A DNA stretch of 64,000 nt from Macrostomum lignano (Eukaryota), in NCBI GenBank assembly GCA_002269645.1, contig NIVC01000300.1, positions 1 to 64,000 on the forward strand, in the 5' to 3' direction. The position numbers were made by a program, and so were the translations under genes. This document shows, in pieces, positions 8,705-21,799 of the stretch. The first letter of the stretch is position 1; each line of letters starts with the position of its first letter. The notes below the pieces were generated by a model, which saw only the letters and a program-made list of their open reading frames with translations, made no database searches and was not told the origin of the DNA.

Positions 8705-11700
8705 TCAGAGCATCGAGTAGCCCACAGTGGCCGGCTCCGGTGGCGCCGTGGTCATCGGGGCTGGCCGGACCGTCGTGTAATCGGCCTTGTACTCCTCGAT
8801 GGTCTCCTCGATCCGGCTCGCGGCCGGGCTGGTCGGCATGAGCAGGGTGAAGCCGGCCGTGATGATGATGACCAGGTAGCACCAGAAGAAGATCCTGTCC
8901 AGCACTAGAGCCACCATGCGCCATTCGCGAGCCACCTTCTGCGTGGCGTCCTTCTGAGCCAGGCGCATCATCAGGTTGCGGATCGATCGGCGAATCTCGC
9001 GGAGGTCGCTTTCCATCGACTGCGTCAGGTGGATGGTGGAGTCTTCAGCCTGTTTGAGTAGGTTCTGCTGCTGCTGCTTTTGCTGCTGCTGCTGTTGTTG
9101 CTGCTGTTGGAACTGCGGATGGAACAGCAGAGACTCATCCGGGTAACCTGGGTGGTTTGCGGCGCTGTTGCCTCCCAAGGATAGCAACATTTGCTGCTGA
9201 TGCTGCTGCTGCTGGAAGTCGAAACCACCGGATCCTCCGCCTGAAGCGGCGGCCGCGGCGGCTGCTGCGATGGAGTCGCGCACCGACGCCTCGTCGACGT
9301 AGTTCTGGAACCTCTGCGACGTTAAGGAGGTCGGCCCGCCGCCGGTATCGCCGGCCAGTTCCACAACTTGAGCTCGCCGGCCCTGCTTCTTCTTTTTGTT
9401 GTGGTGCCGGTTGTGCTTGATCTCAGAACGGATGAGGCGCAGCTTCTCCGTCTCGCTCTTGGTGATCACCTGCCGCATGCAGAGCATCTTGGCCAGGAAT
9501 TCGATGCACTGCGGAGGCGGCGGATTGACAGGTTTTTGTGCGAAAAACTTTGACCAGAGTTATAACCAATGCCACGTTGACCTGTGGCATTTCAGGATAG
9601 AGGCGCGCCCACTTCAGGACAGAAGCGCCTACTTCAGAACAGGAGGCACAGACTTCAGTACAGAAGCACCCACTTCAGGAGAGAAGCACGCACTTTAGTA
9701 CAGAAGGCACCCTTTTCAGGACAGGAGGCACTCACTTCAGGACTGAAGGCACCCTTTTCAGGACAGGAGGCACCCACTTCAGCACAGAAGGCACCCACTT
9801 CAGCACAGAAGGCACCCACTTCAGCACAGAAGGCACCCACTTCAGTACAAGAGGCACCCACTTCAGGACAGGAGGCACCCACTTCAGGAGAGAAGCACGC
9901 ACTTCAGTACAGAAGGCACCCACTTCAGGACAGGAGGCACCCTTTTCAGGACAGGAGGCACTCACTTCAGGACTGAAGGCACCCTTTTCAGGACAGGAGG
10001 CACCCACTTCAGCACAGAAGGCACCCACTTCAGCACAGAAGGCACCCACTTCAGGACAGAAGCACCCACTTCAGCACAGAAGGCACCCACTTCAGTACAA
10101 GAGGCACCCACTTCAGGACAGGAGGCACCCACTTCAGGACAGGAGGCACCCACTTCAGGACAGGAGGCACCCACTTCAGCACAGAAGGCACCCACTTCAG
10201 CACAGAAGGCGCCCACTTCAGGACAGAAGCACCCACGTCAGGACAGAGGCACCCACGTCAGGACAGGAGGCACCCACGTCAGGACAGAAGCACCCACGTC
10301 AGGACAGAGGCACCCACGTCAGGACAGGAGGCACCCACGTCAGGACAGGAGGCACCCACGTCAGGACAGGAGGCACCCGCTTATTAGACTCGGTCTATAC
10401 AAACCTTCTTAAGCCAGCCGGGCAGTCTGTTTCGTTTGTCGCCTCGGAAGTACAAATTAATGACGATAACGCTCAGAAAAGTGGACAGAGTGATGAGCAG
10501 CATGTTCAGACAGTAGTAGAATCCTGCGGGTGAAAATTTCAGTTTTCGCATGAGGAGCACAAACGTACGCGGAATCGAACCTCTGACACTCTATCGCAAG
10601 TGTCGGGCGTCTATGGCTTTGGTTTCTATCCAAAAGCAACCGTTTTAGCTCCGGTTACTGACTGTCCGACTCACCAATGTAGGGGACGCTGGTTGAGGCG
10701 GACGGCGTGGATTCAGCCAAAAGCAGCAACAGCAGGAAGAAGGCGACGAAAATGTTCATGCCTGCGGACAGGTGATGAGTCGCTTTGTTAGAATTTGTGT
10801 TTTATTCGGAACTAAGCAAAGCTTGCAAGAGCGTGTTCTGGATTGACTGAAAACTGTCTTGCATTTGAGCTTCACTCACCCAGCAGCATCTTGGCAGGAC
10901 TCTCAGGCGGCAGCCAGAAGATGACCAGGGTCAGCGAGGACAGAAGCACGCATGGCAGCACCAGCAGGTAGGCGAAAAACTCTGGATTTCGCTTCAGACT
11001 GAGAGGGCAAGTTGAAGATTTGGCTTAGTTTGTGTCCTAGTAAAACCGGGGAGGGTCGGTGGCTTAATGGGGTTGATGTTTAAATTAACTGGGGCCGGTT
11101 GTAGAGCAATAAAACCGGGGAGGGTCGGTGGCCTGATGGGGTTGGTGTCTAAATTAACTGAGGCCGGTTGTAGAGCAATAAAACCGGGGAGGGTCGGTGG
11201 CCTAATGGGGTTGGTGTCTAAATTAACTGGGGCCGGTTGTAGCCCAATAAAACTAGGGGGAGGGTCGGTGGCCTAATGGGGTTGATGTTTAAATTAACTG
11301 GGGCCGGTTGTAGAGCAATAAAACCGGGGAGGGTCGGTGGCCTAATGGGGTTGATGTTTAAATTAACTGGGGCCGGTTGTAGAGCAATAAAACCGGGGAG
11401 GGTCGGTGGCCTAACGGGGTTGGTGTCTAAATTAACTGGGGCCGGTGAGATTCGGTGCCTAGCTATTGAAAAGTGAGTTTCCAGGCTTAAGTGGAGTGTG
11501 AAAGCTTAATTGAGCCAACTTTATTTACGTGGGTGGTTCAACGGTAGTGGACCTGCGGCGCATTACTCTCTTGTGAAATTTAATTACGCAATACGAGCTA
11601 AATGGGGTGCAATGGGTCTGAATACACGCATATATAGTTGAGGTTCATCAGCAATACAATGTGTAATATCTGTCGCAGGATTGTCAGCTGAAGATGTAGT

Positions 11701-14700
11701 AGATTAGCGTGCACTACAGAGCCTGTAGTGTATTGGTTGTGAATTTCAGCACTAATCAATGCAACTTACAACAGAAAGAAGGTGAGGTCCGGGTAGGGCT
11801 CGTTGCAGCAGGGGTAGAACTTGACATTCCTGGTGGCGGGCAGGGCCACAATGTGCCACTCGTTGGACTGGATGTAGTCATCCGTGCTGATGTTGGACTT
11901 GTTCTGATAGAACTGGATGTCCAGCTTAAATCCGTCGTAGGTCCAACTGCCGAATTTTAGGTGACAACTCTGCTGATCGAATGGAAAGTTGGTGATGTCT
12001 ACCTGGCAGGTGGACTTGTAGATTGCTGGGGGGATCCAGATCACCCGGCCTGTGTGGTTCGTCACAATCATCACCTCGCGCTGCTCTTTGAGACGCTCGT
12101 CGGCACTGGAGAGCGGATTTGGAGAGAGAGGTCGTTGAGTCCATTGAATAACGTTTTACAGTACCGGGTATGTCCCAGGGTTGGCTTAGGGCTGTCGCAG
12201 GGTTGGTTAGGGCTGTCGCAGGGTTGGCTTAGGGCTGTCCCAGGGTTGGCTTAGGGCTGTCGCAGGGTTGGTTAAGGCTATCCCAGGGTGGCTTAGGGCT
12301 GTCGCAGGGTTGGCTTAGGGCTGTCGCAGGGTTGGTTAGGGCTGTCCCAGGGTTGGCTTAGGCTGTCGCGGTCAGAGAAGCTCCACTTAACGCGAAGACA
12401 CGCTCTCCTTGTCATTGGTGGTAAAAGTCTGCACTCACTAATTGTAAAGCACGATGTCCGGCGTCCAGACGTCTCTAGTCGGGATTCGAACTTCGGACAC
12501 GCCATTGTACTGTGTCGCGTTCCACTGCAAAAGCTGATCTGTCCATGACTGGAATTTGTTACAATTTTAGACATTACTCAATTGCTGTTTGCGCAAACGG
12601 AAAAGCGTACTTTTCAAACAGTTTCGTGCTAGCTTCTACTCGTAAGAAAGAGTAACTAACCAAAATCGATTTTTTTTTCACTGGAGCCTGGCATTTTCTT
12701 TCCCATAGCGGTTGTCTGTCTGTATACACGAAGACATCGTACATTGCATGCAGATAAAAGATACACAACTCACAAATCTTGACCAGACTTTGATGGTGAG
12801 GACCTGGTTCTTCTCGTCCAGGTCAAGGATCTGGATCAGGCCCAGGCCGAACTGCACGGTGACCACATCCGTGGTGTTCTGCACCGGCCTGCCATCGACG
12901 CCGGCTGTTTTGTAGTCCAACAGAATCTTCTTGATCAGCGTCTTCTCGTCTGACAGTGCGATCGACTCTGCAATAAAACCGGATTCACAGGTCATTTTTT
13001 CGGCTTCGTTTTAGTAAAATTTATAACAGAACTCAGCGACTGCGAAGAGGCTTACTAAACTGAACAAATAACACTGTCACCGCTAGCCAGAGGGCCCGCA
13101 TTGTCAAGCAGCTACTCAATACTGTATAATGATCGGTATAGTAAAACTACTGATTGTACTAAAAGCACTTTCAATGCGCTCCGTATGGATAAAGACAGAA
13201 ACCAAAAACGCCACAGAGACAAACGTTTTAGGAGAATTTTATTATACAGAGAGAGACGGGAGTTGGGGGACAGAGCTGGCGGCTGATTGGCTGGTGGGAG
13301 GACAAACGGGGGCTTAGGGTAGGCTCTGGCGCACTACAGACAGTTCAGCGGCCAACGCTCATTGCGCCCGAAGTACTGCTTGCTTGCGTTTGAAACTTAC
13401 GACCCAAGGCCAATGCACTGCAGTCAGTATGGTGGAGAGAGATAGGAGAGGGGAGGAAGGGAGGGAGCAGTGAGGGTGGAACAAAACGATAGTTAAAGCG
13501 GCTGGTGCAGGCTGCGCAGACAGGCGATCTGCTACCGTGGACTGAGGGCTGGTGGGGATATTTTATGGAAGAGAGGGGGGAGGCGCTGTTAGAAAACAAG
13601 GACTTGGGCTACCCGGCCCGAACCCCCTCCCACTCAGATGCTGCGGGCATTTGACCGCCATTAGCGGGAAACTTCCCGTCCGCCTGCCCGCCTCCGCCTG
13701 TCTGTCCGATCCCTCTCTCAGCCAGATGCCCACTTATTCAGCCCGAGAGCCTCCGCCGCAGGAGGGTGTTGTTGGGGCTGGCGGGAGCGAAATCAGCAAT
13801 GATGATGAGGCAGCGTAGGATTCTGGATAGATGATGGATGGTGTGCAGCTCAAAAATTCTCTGCTGCATTGTGTAGAACCCACGCCGATGCCCCCGTAGC
13901 GATTTCAATTAATTATCCATCTCTATCGACTGGCTGCTGATTCTGTCAGATGAAGCTTCATATTTAGATTTTTAATATAGCATTGAATGCGTCTCTCCCA
14001 GCCACATTAATGAATTGGAAAATCTCAAACTGCAGCGCAATGAGGTTTGTCGCAGGGGACCTCCAGCCTCTGTGCGTCAGACTCTGTAATTGAAGTGATT
14101 TCAAATTATCTAAAAGGTTTCGAGAGCCTTAAAGTAATTTACTCTACATGTCGGTAGCAATGTGCTAAGTCAGCCAGCACTAAGTCAAAAAGCATTCAAG
14201 CTTGTTAGCCATCGATCAGAAACACTAGCCAGCATCTCAGCTTGTGACTTAATTTGCTTTGCTCAGCCAAGTGTGCCGCAATGCCTCCCTCGCCTCTCTT
14301 TCTTCTTTGATGTTCTTCTGGCATTATTTCTGCGCTCCAAAAAATAAAGATTAACGTCTTGCTAAACAGACTGACTGCAGCCCTGGGCTTCGAGAGGCAG
14401 AGAGCTGCAAGGCCTTCAGGCTAGTAGCCGCTTGCTTCTGGCGAGCCTGTACACTGGCGGGCAAGGGTCGGGCCGGCACATCCAGAGCCTCAGTGCACAG
14501 CCTGCCCAAGCATTGATGCAGCACTCGGGGAAAATAGAAAGAAAACAGGGGGAGGGGGAGAGGGGCCGAGAGGGAGAGGAGAGCTCCGCGATTGCTGGAA
14601 CGTCCTCCCATCGCTTTTTTTATCTTTTTTTGCGTTTTCATTTGATTAACCCCTCGCCGGGTCCTAATTAAGTAATCACAGCTGCTTTCCGCGTCTCGCT

Positions 14701-17700
14701 GCCCGATTTTCCCGAACTCTCCTGCCGGCACGGATTTGAGTCGCGGCGCCACAAGAAGCGCCAATTTCAATTCGCTTCCTGTCTCCCTGCTCTCTCGCCC
14801 TTCTCTCCGCATCTGTGCCGCTTTTTGCCAAGGAGCAGAGGTGAACACAATACTAGACAGGAGAAGGGGGAGGCAGACTCTGAACAGAACTGAGGAGGGC
14901 TCTGCGGCAGGGTTCAAAGCGTTGAGTTGAAAAAATTGAGAAGCAAAAACGCATTAACTGCAGGGTCTCTATGCTCCTGATATTGAACTCTATATTTAAG
15001 CTTTCCTATAAATTTTAGGTGCTTTTTTCTGCACACGCTTCAATAAACATGCAATCTAAAATTTAAAAAGGGATTCGCAATTCACTTGCTGGGAATATCG
15101 TGTCTTCGATGACCAAACACATCACACAAGCTGGAAATGTCATGTCGACGAAGACCAAGCACATCACACAAGCTGGAAATGTCATGTCGACGAAGACCAA
15201 GCACATCGCACACGCTGGAAATGTCATGTCGACGAAGACCAAGCACATCGCACAAGCTGGAAATGTCATGTCGACGAAGACCAAGCACATCGCACACGCT
15301 GGAAATGTCATGTCGACGAAGACCAAGCACATCGCACACGCTGGAAATGTCATGTCGACGAAGACCAAGCACATCACACAAGCTGGAAATGTCACGTCGA
15401 CGAAGACCAAGCACATCGCACAAGCTGGAAATGTCATGTCGACGAAGACCAAGCACATCGCACAAGCTAAAAAATTCATGGACCTAAAACCTCGAATATC
15501 TGTGCTTTGCTAAAAGTATCAAAGCAAAATGAAGAGTCCAGTACAAGGTGACGATCAGATCTCTGCCCCTAACTCCTCAGCTCGCCCACCTTTCTAATCA
15601 TGCAGCATCACGCGTGACACTCATCTTTTGGCTCGAGTTTTGAGTTCGAATGTCCAGCCACCCCTCCCGGGCTCTGCCCCGAGGGGGAGAGCTGCCTTAG
15701 AGAGTTCGGACTCTGTTCCGGGAGAGGAGATCGGGGAAGAGGCCTCCCAGAAAATGGCTTGTCTGTCAGATCCCATATCCCAAGCAGTGCAACATCGAGG
15801 ACGCAAACACAGGGTGACAGCCTCCTGAGCTGCCGCGCCACTCCCTACTCCAGCTATCTGTCTGCCTGCCCCTACCTCCGTCTCTATCAGGCCGGCCCAT
15901 CATGCGAAGTAATCAAACTGGAGGATTAACTCGAGGCAGGCCTCGGACTAAGCAAGGCATGAGACGCGCGCCCAGCTGCTCAAATGAAAAGCAGCTTCAA
16001 TGGCTGCTACTGGGGCACAGGGAGGAGTTTTGGTCATCCATCAGTTGGGGATAAAAATCTGGGGGGGGGGGTAGTGCAGGACAAATTCAGCCTCAGTTTT
16101 GCTTCGAACAATTTTATGTTCGCAAAGTTTTACTGCCTGAGCTTCCAACATTGTTGGCGGCTTTCCAATCCAGGCATTCAGACGTCCCCGGCCTGAACTC
16201 ATTCAGAGGGTGCGCTAGCGGCTACACTAGCTCCTAGATAGCGGCAGTAAATTATGCAGCCTCTTGGACTGGTGCGAAACAAGGGGGAGGCGATTAAAAT
16301 CAATAATGTATTGCAGTGGTGCCCGATCCCGGATCCGACCAGAGCTCCCAGATCCCCGCCAACGCCTTGCAGGCCGGCACTCTGTGTGTGTTTCTTCGAA
16401 GCATTCAAAGTCAACTGGCAAATAATCCCTTCTTCCTGTGCTCCCCTCTGCCAGCTGATCCAGCACTTCCTTTCTCCCCCAATACCTGAATAATTAACTG
16501 CCGAGAGGGGAGCTGGGAGTCAGAAGCCACTTCCTATCGCCGTGAAAGCTGGGTGGCGCTTCCTGCTTGCCGGAGCGAAGAGGGCAGGAAGGCGGCCATT
16601 GACAGAGTTAATCTGTTAATCCCGCGTTAATCTCGCGTCAGGAAATGCGGAATGGAATTCAGGCCTTGTGCTTTCCCTCTTGTGCTCTAATAAAATAATA
16701 AAAATATCGAAAACTGGCTTAAATCTGTCCATAGATTAGGCATCTTTATGTGTCTGTGTGTCTGTAGTATCAGCTGTGTGTCTGTGGTATCAGCTGTGTG
16801 TCTGTGGTATCAGCTGTGTGTCTGTGGTATCAGCTGTGTGTCTGTGGTATCAGCTGTGTGTCTGTGGTATTATAGCTGTGTGTCTGTGGTATCAGCTGTG
16901 TGTCTGTGGTATCAGCTGTGTGTCTGTGGTATCAGCTGTGTGTCTGTGGTATCAGCTGTGTGTCTGTGGTATCAGCTGTGACCGTGGTGTGTCCATGGCA
17001 TCAGTTGTGTCCATGTTGTGTCACGGTACGAGCGTATTCTATAGTGTGTCCATGGTGTGTCCATGGTGCATCCGTGGTGTGTCCGTGGTGAGTCCATGGT
17101 GTGTCCATGGTGTGTCCATGGTGTGTCCATGGTGTGTCCGTGGTGTGTCCGTGGTGTGTCCGTGGCTTCATAAGCTTCAAATTCTCTGAACACACGTTTT
17201 ACTGCAGGAATTTTAGTCCATAAAAAAATCGCCCTGTTTACATACAAATCCCTACAGCTCAAATTTTGGCATTGAGAATAGGCATGAAACATAATCCCCA
17301 ACTCAGATTGCTCCATCTAATCCGCCCCTCTGCAGCTTCCTTTGTGCCCGAGCCGCCACCCCCTGATGTCAAAGGATTCGGCTCTCCCATCCGCCTCTCG
17401 GCAAAAGAATTTAAAGGAAGAAGCACCGCAGGCACGTGACCGATGTGACCGATGTGACTGCATTTTATCTGCTTGTTCGCGACAGGCAAGAAGCAAAAAA
17501 CAGATTATGAAAAAGCGATCAAGCCAGGTGGACGGCAAAAAACCCTTTCGAACCCTCCACTTTTTTGTTTCGGCCGGGAGTTTCTTGTCCGAAACCGAGT
17601 GAAGAGACTGAAAATTTTCCCTCCGAACCATGCCTTGCTTTTTGCTTCTTTTCTGATTTCCCTGTCAACACATTTTTTGAAGCTAAAGTGCAGTTCATAC

Positions 17701-19319
17701 TACTGCTTGGTAGCAAGGGAGAAGTATCTTTAGAAATGTATCCAGACTATACTGGGTGAGAGAGATTCTCCATTGAGTCCATGCTCATCTGAGAGAGATT
17801 CCCCATTGACTCCATGCTCATTATCTGAGAGAGATTCCCCATTGACTCCATGCTCATTATCTGAGAGAGATTCCCCATTGACTCCATGCTCATTATCTGA
17901 GAGAGATTCCCCATTGAGTCCATGCTCATCTGAGAGAGATTCCCCATTGAGTCCATGCTCATCTGAGAGAGATTCCCCATTGACTCCATGCTCATCTGAG
18001 AGAGATTCCCCATTGAGTCCATGCTCATCTGAGAGAGATTCCCCATTGAGTCCATGCTCATCTGAGAGAGATTCCTCATTGAGTCCATGCTCATCTGAGA
18101 GAGATTCCCCATTGAGTCCATGCTCATCTGAGAGAGATTCCCCATTGAGTCCATGCTCATCTGAGAGAGATTCCCTCTGCCTGTCCAGCCCTACTAGCAG
18201 TAGAGTCAAAGGCACATGACAGTCTAAAAATCAGCTTTTTCTCTGTATTTCAGTCGATCGAAATGAAACGAGATTTGGGGGGATTTCTCGTAGGACAGAG
18301 GATCCGAGGCCAAGACTAGTCTAGACCGGAGGCTGCGCGAGTCTCGAGTCCAGATGAAGCCATAAAATTGGTCGCTAGCGGGTTCTCCAAGGCCAGGACT
18401 AATTTCCCTGAGGAGAAAAGTAAAGCGAAGAGAGCTAGAAAGGGAGAGAAAGAGAGAAGGGTCTCGAACGGGGGCTCAGAGCTTCAGTTGAGCGGTGCAA
18501 ATTAATGAGGCTGGGCTCTCCATCTGCATCGGATGGGGGAGGCATTATTTATGGAGACGTCGACAAAATTCGGTGTTGGGCAAACTTTTTCCGACGCGGG
18601 AGGCAAGCTGATGTCTCAGTTTTTCTGTCTTTTTAAGAACTCGGCTGACTATTACCCCTGAAGTTTTGGACAACTTTGCATTCTCCCTGAAGGTTTAGAC
18701 GACTTTCTATTACCCCTGAAGTTTTGGACAACTTTGCATTTTCCCTGAAGGTTTAGACGACTTTCTATTACCCCTGAAGTTTTGGACAACTTTGCATTCT
18801 CCCTGAAGGTTTAGACGACTTTCTATTACCCCTGAAGTTTTGGACAACTTTGCATTCTCCCTGAAGGTTTAGACGACTTTCTATTACCCCTGAAGTTTTG
18901 GACAACTTTGCATTCTCCCTGAAGGTTTAGACGACTTTCTATTACTCCTGAAGCTTTGGACAACTTTGCATTCTCCCTGAAGGTTTAGACGACTTTCTAT
19001 TACTCCTGAAGCTTGAATAGCTTTTTATTCCCCCTGAAGGTTCAGTTAACTTTTATTCCCCCTGAAGGCTTGAATGAGTTATTAACCCTCTGAAGGTCTA
19101 GCCATCTAAGTACTTGTAACTCGTCTTTAAATTTGCCTCTCCGGAAAATTCCAAGAATCCAAGAAATTCCCATTGAAGGTTCGAAATCTGAGCACTAATC
19201 CCTGAACAGTCTCAATCAATAAGAAACTCACCGTTCTGCTTGCAGTGAGCGGCTTGCCAGCCAAGCAGAGCAGCCCAAGTCGCCAACAGCAACGTCAATA
19301 AAACCGGCAAACTCGCCAT
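8705..19319 (-). CDS. Nicotinic acetylcholine receptor alpha subunit, predicted anion-selective (ACh-gated chloride channel clade), 618 aa. Exons: 19232-19319, 12774-12967, 12439-12548, 11770-12105, 10880-10998, 10675-10761, 10405-10523, 8705-9508
   Basis: Signal peptide MASLPVLLTLLLATWAALLGWQAAHC; GRPV..; WTD..LQWN; WTPDIVLYN; Cys-loop CQVDITNFPFDQQSC; FGSWTYDG; loop C YPCCNEPYPD; M1-M4 including WRMVALVLDRIFFW. Total 1857 nt with every junction phase-consistent. Confidence 0.93.
9595..10380. repeat. 21-bp minisatellite filling most of the last nAChR intron
   Basis: GGCACCCACTTCAGGACAGGA variants, ending about 25 nt from the donor at 10404. Confidence 0.95.
11041..11445. repeat. 69-bp minisatellite (about 6 copies) in an nAChR intron
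   Basis: TAAAACCGGGGAGGGTCGGTGGCCTAATGGGG... recurs at 11041, 11110 and onward. Confidence 0.95.
12175..12370. repeat. 21/22-bp minisatellite in an nAChR intron
   Basis: GGGTTGGCTTAGGGCTGTCGCA units. Confidence 0.95.
15085..15468. repeat. 42-bp minisatellite (about 9 copies)
   Basis: GCTGGAAATGTCATGTCGACGAAGACCAAGCACATCGCACAC. Confidence 0.95.
16750..17165. repeat. Compound array: 20-bp units followed by ~11-bp units
   Basis: GTGTCTGTGGTATCAGCTGT to about 16980, then CCATGGTGTGT variants. Confidence 0.9.
17755..18180. repeat. 33/36-bp minisatellite
   Basis: GAGAGAGATTCCCCATTGAGTCCATGCTCATCT. Confidence 0.95.
18648..19095. repeat. 58-bp minisatellite made of two ~29-bp subunits, decaying rightward
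   Basis: TTACCCCTGAAGTTTTGGACAACTTTGCATTCTCCCTGAAGGTTTAGACGACTTTCTA. Confidence 0.95.
19232..19319 (-). CDS. Signal-peptide first coding exon of the nAChR subunit
   Basis: ATG at 19319, 29 codons with a hydrophobic core, then a phase-1 G|GTGAGT donor matching the phase-1 acceptor at 12968. Confidence 0.8.
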
Positions 19320-19811
19320 TGCTAATCCGACCGATCTGATTTTCTTAGAGACTAATCCGCCGCGAAACTTCTCAAGCTGGGGCTGCGGCTGCGAGCCCTG
19401 GTTGCCGGGGGAATGAAGTGGAGGCTCTCCTGGCAGCGGCGCGGCCTGCAGGGGCTCTTGTAGTCATTTTCCCATTCTCCTTCCCTCCCCTCCGCCTCTC
19501 CCTCTCCCTCTTCCCAACTCAGCCACCCCCCCCCGCCTCTCAAGAACCGCCGGGGCCGGGCGCGCCACGGTTGAATGGCTCCCAAGGAGGGGGCAAATCC
19601 GGCGAAGGAGCCGCGGCGTCCACCCCCCCGCTGTGCCGACGCCTCTGAGCAACCGGACTTGGAGGCTTGCCGTGTGGGAAGACGGGACCGGCTCCATCGC
19701 CTCTGCTGCCGGAATATCGCTTCCGGGTCTGCCACGCGGCTGGGCAGTCAGGTCCGCTCCGTCAGGGATTACAATGGATTGTTAGTCTAGCCAGCAGGGA
19801 AGAATTTCAAA

Positions 19812-20266
19812 CAGAACCTAGCCAAACACGAACCATTGGATCAGAGTGGATTGCTAATCTAGCCAAACACGAAACATTGGATCAGAGTGGATTGCTAATC
19901 TAGCCAAACACGAACAGTTTGGATCAGAGTGGATTGCTAATCTAGCCAAACACGAACAGTCGGATCGGAGTGGATTGCTAATCTAGCCAAACACGAACCA
20001 TTGGATCAGAGTGGATTGCTAATCTAGCCAAACACGAACAGTTGGATCAGAGTGGATTGCTAATCTAGCCAAACACGAACAATTGGATCAGAGTGGATTG
20101 CTAATCTAGCCAAACACGAACAGTTGGATCAGAGTGGATTGCTAATCTAGCCAAACACGAACCATTGGATCAGAGTGGATTGCTAATCTAGCCAAACACG
20201 AACCATTGGATCAGAGTGGATTGCTAATCTAGCCAAAACACGAACCATTGGATCAGAGTGGATTAG
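19812..20266. repeat. 41-bp minisatellite (about 11 copies) upstream of the nAChR start
   Basis: GAACCATTGGATCAGAGTGGATTGCTAATCTAGCCAAACAC. Confidence 0.95.
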
Positions 20267-21108
20267 AATAATATCAATTTTCTTCTGGAGTTGTATGAAG
20301 AAATGCAGATTTATAACTCTTTCAGAATCAAAGCTGAGTATTGATAAAAAATCTATTTGAAGAAATAATCTATTAAGACTAACCCCAAACAAGAAATCAC
20401 GCTTTTGAAAACGAAATTCTAAGAAATCAATTTAAAATCCTGTGTGCGTTTCTAAGAAACAGAGGCCCGCGCAGAGCCCGGCGGAGTCCGCAGTCTCCAT
20501 CCAGCTGAATTATTTATGCGGGAGAGTAAAAAAATGTCTCCAAGTGGCCTGAGCTGGAGACCTGCGGGCCTCTCGGAGACAAGTGGGGATTTGAGTAGCG
20601 CCGCGAGAATAATTCAGTAGACTCAGGCTGAAATGGGCTTCCCTGGAGGCTCTCAGCCAGACAAGCGAATAAAAAATTGTTGAGCGAATTGTGGAATGAA
20701 GCACCGCGGCTGCTGGGCCGCAGCGACACTTCATGTTGGGCCTCGGCGGAAAGTACACGGCAGCCCCGGGCTGGCTGGGCCTCTGAGCTGAGCACACTGA
20801 GGCCTGAGCAGGCGATTAGGCTTGGGGAGCTGCGTCCATCGAGATCCCGAGGAGATTTTGGCAGAAATGCGAAAATAAAATTTTATGACTTTTCCGAGCG
20901 CGCCAGGCCAGAATCCTCACTGCCCCCCTGCCGATTTCCCCTCTGAATTTCTTCCCGGGGAGGCCGGCGGGGCTGGGAGAAAAAACAGGAGAAAACTCTT
21001 CCCGAAACAGGCTGAAAACAAATCCCACAGATCCCCACCGAAGATTCAAAGGAAAAGGACGGTTTGAGACGTTGAAAAACAAGTCAAAAGGAATGACGTC
21101 TCTAATTT

Positions 21109-21574
21109 GGATAGATTGCTCATCTATCGAAATGGATTGCTAATCTATCCAAGTGGATTGCTAATCTATCCAAGTGGATTGCTAATCTATCCAAATGGAT
21201 TGCTAATCTAGTCAAATCGATTGCTAATCTATCCAAATGGATTGCTAATCTAGTTAAATGGATTGCTAATCTATCCAAATGGATTGCTAATCTATCCAAA
21301 TGGATTGCTAATCTATCCAAATGGATTGCTAATCTATCCAAATGGATTGCTAATCTATCCAAATGGATTGCTAATCTATCCAAATGGATTGCTAATCTAT
21401 CCAAATGGATTGCTAATCTATCCAAATGGATTGCTAATCTATCCAAATGGATTGCTAATCTATCCAAATGGATTGCTAATCTATCCAAATGGATTGCTAA
21501 TCTATCCAAATGGATTGCTAATCTATCCAAATGGATTGCTAATCTATCCAAATGGATTGCTAATCTAGTCAAAC
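21109..21574. repeat. 21-bp minisatellite (about 22 copies)
   Basis: GGATTGCTAATCTATCCAAAT. Confidence 0.95.
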
Positions 21575-21799
21575 TGTGAGCTCACGATTTCGCATCTCTT
21601 GACGCTGAAATAAATTTACCAAATTTTTTCCACCCCAAAATTAATCTCTTCAGCTCCTCATCACCGGAAGAAGTCGAACCTGGGCCAGCCTCTTACTTAA
21701 TTCTGCTCCCTCCCAGTAGCCATCGGGAATCATTTATCGCTTCTATCACATATGGCTTTCTCTTTGGCTGAGTCTTAGGCTTCGAGCTGCAATCATGGT

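Noticed and set aside
14351-14917. ORF with a hydrophobic start as an nAChR leader exon
   Set aside because: It starts at TTG and has no suitable donor. The 19232-19319 exon fits with ATG, signal peptide and phase.
15085-21574. Regularly spaced direct repeats resembling CRISPR arrays
   Set aside because: Units are contiguous with no unique spacers, there are no cas genes, and the context is eukaryotic.
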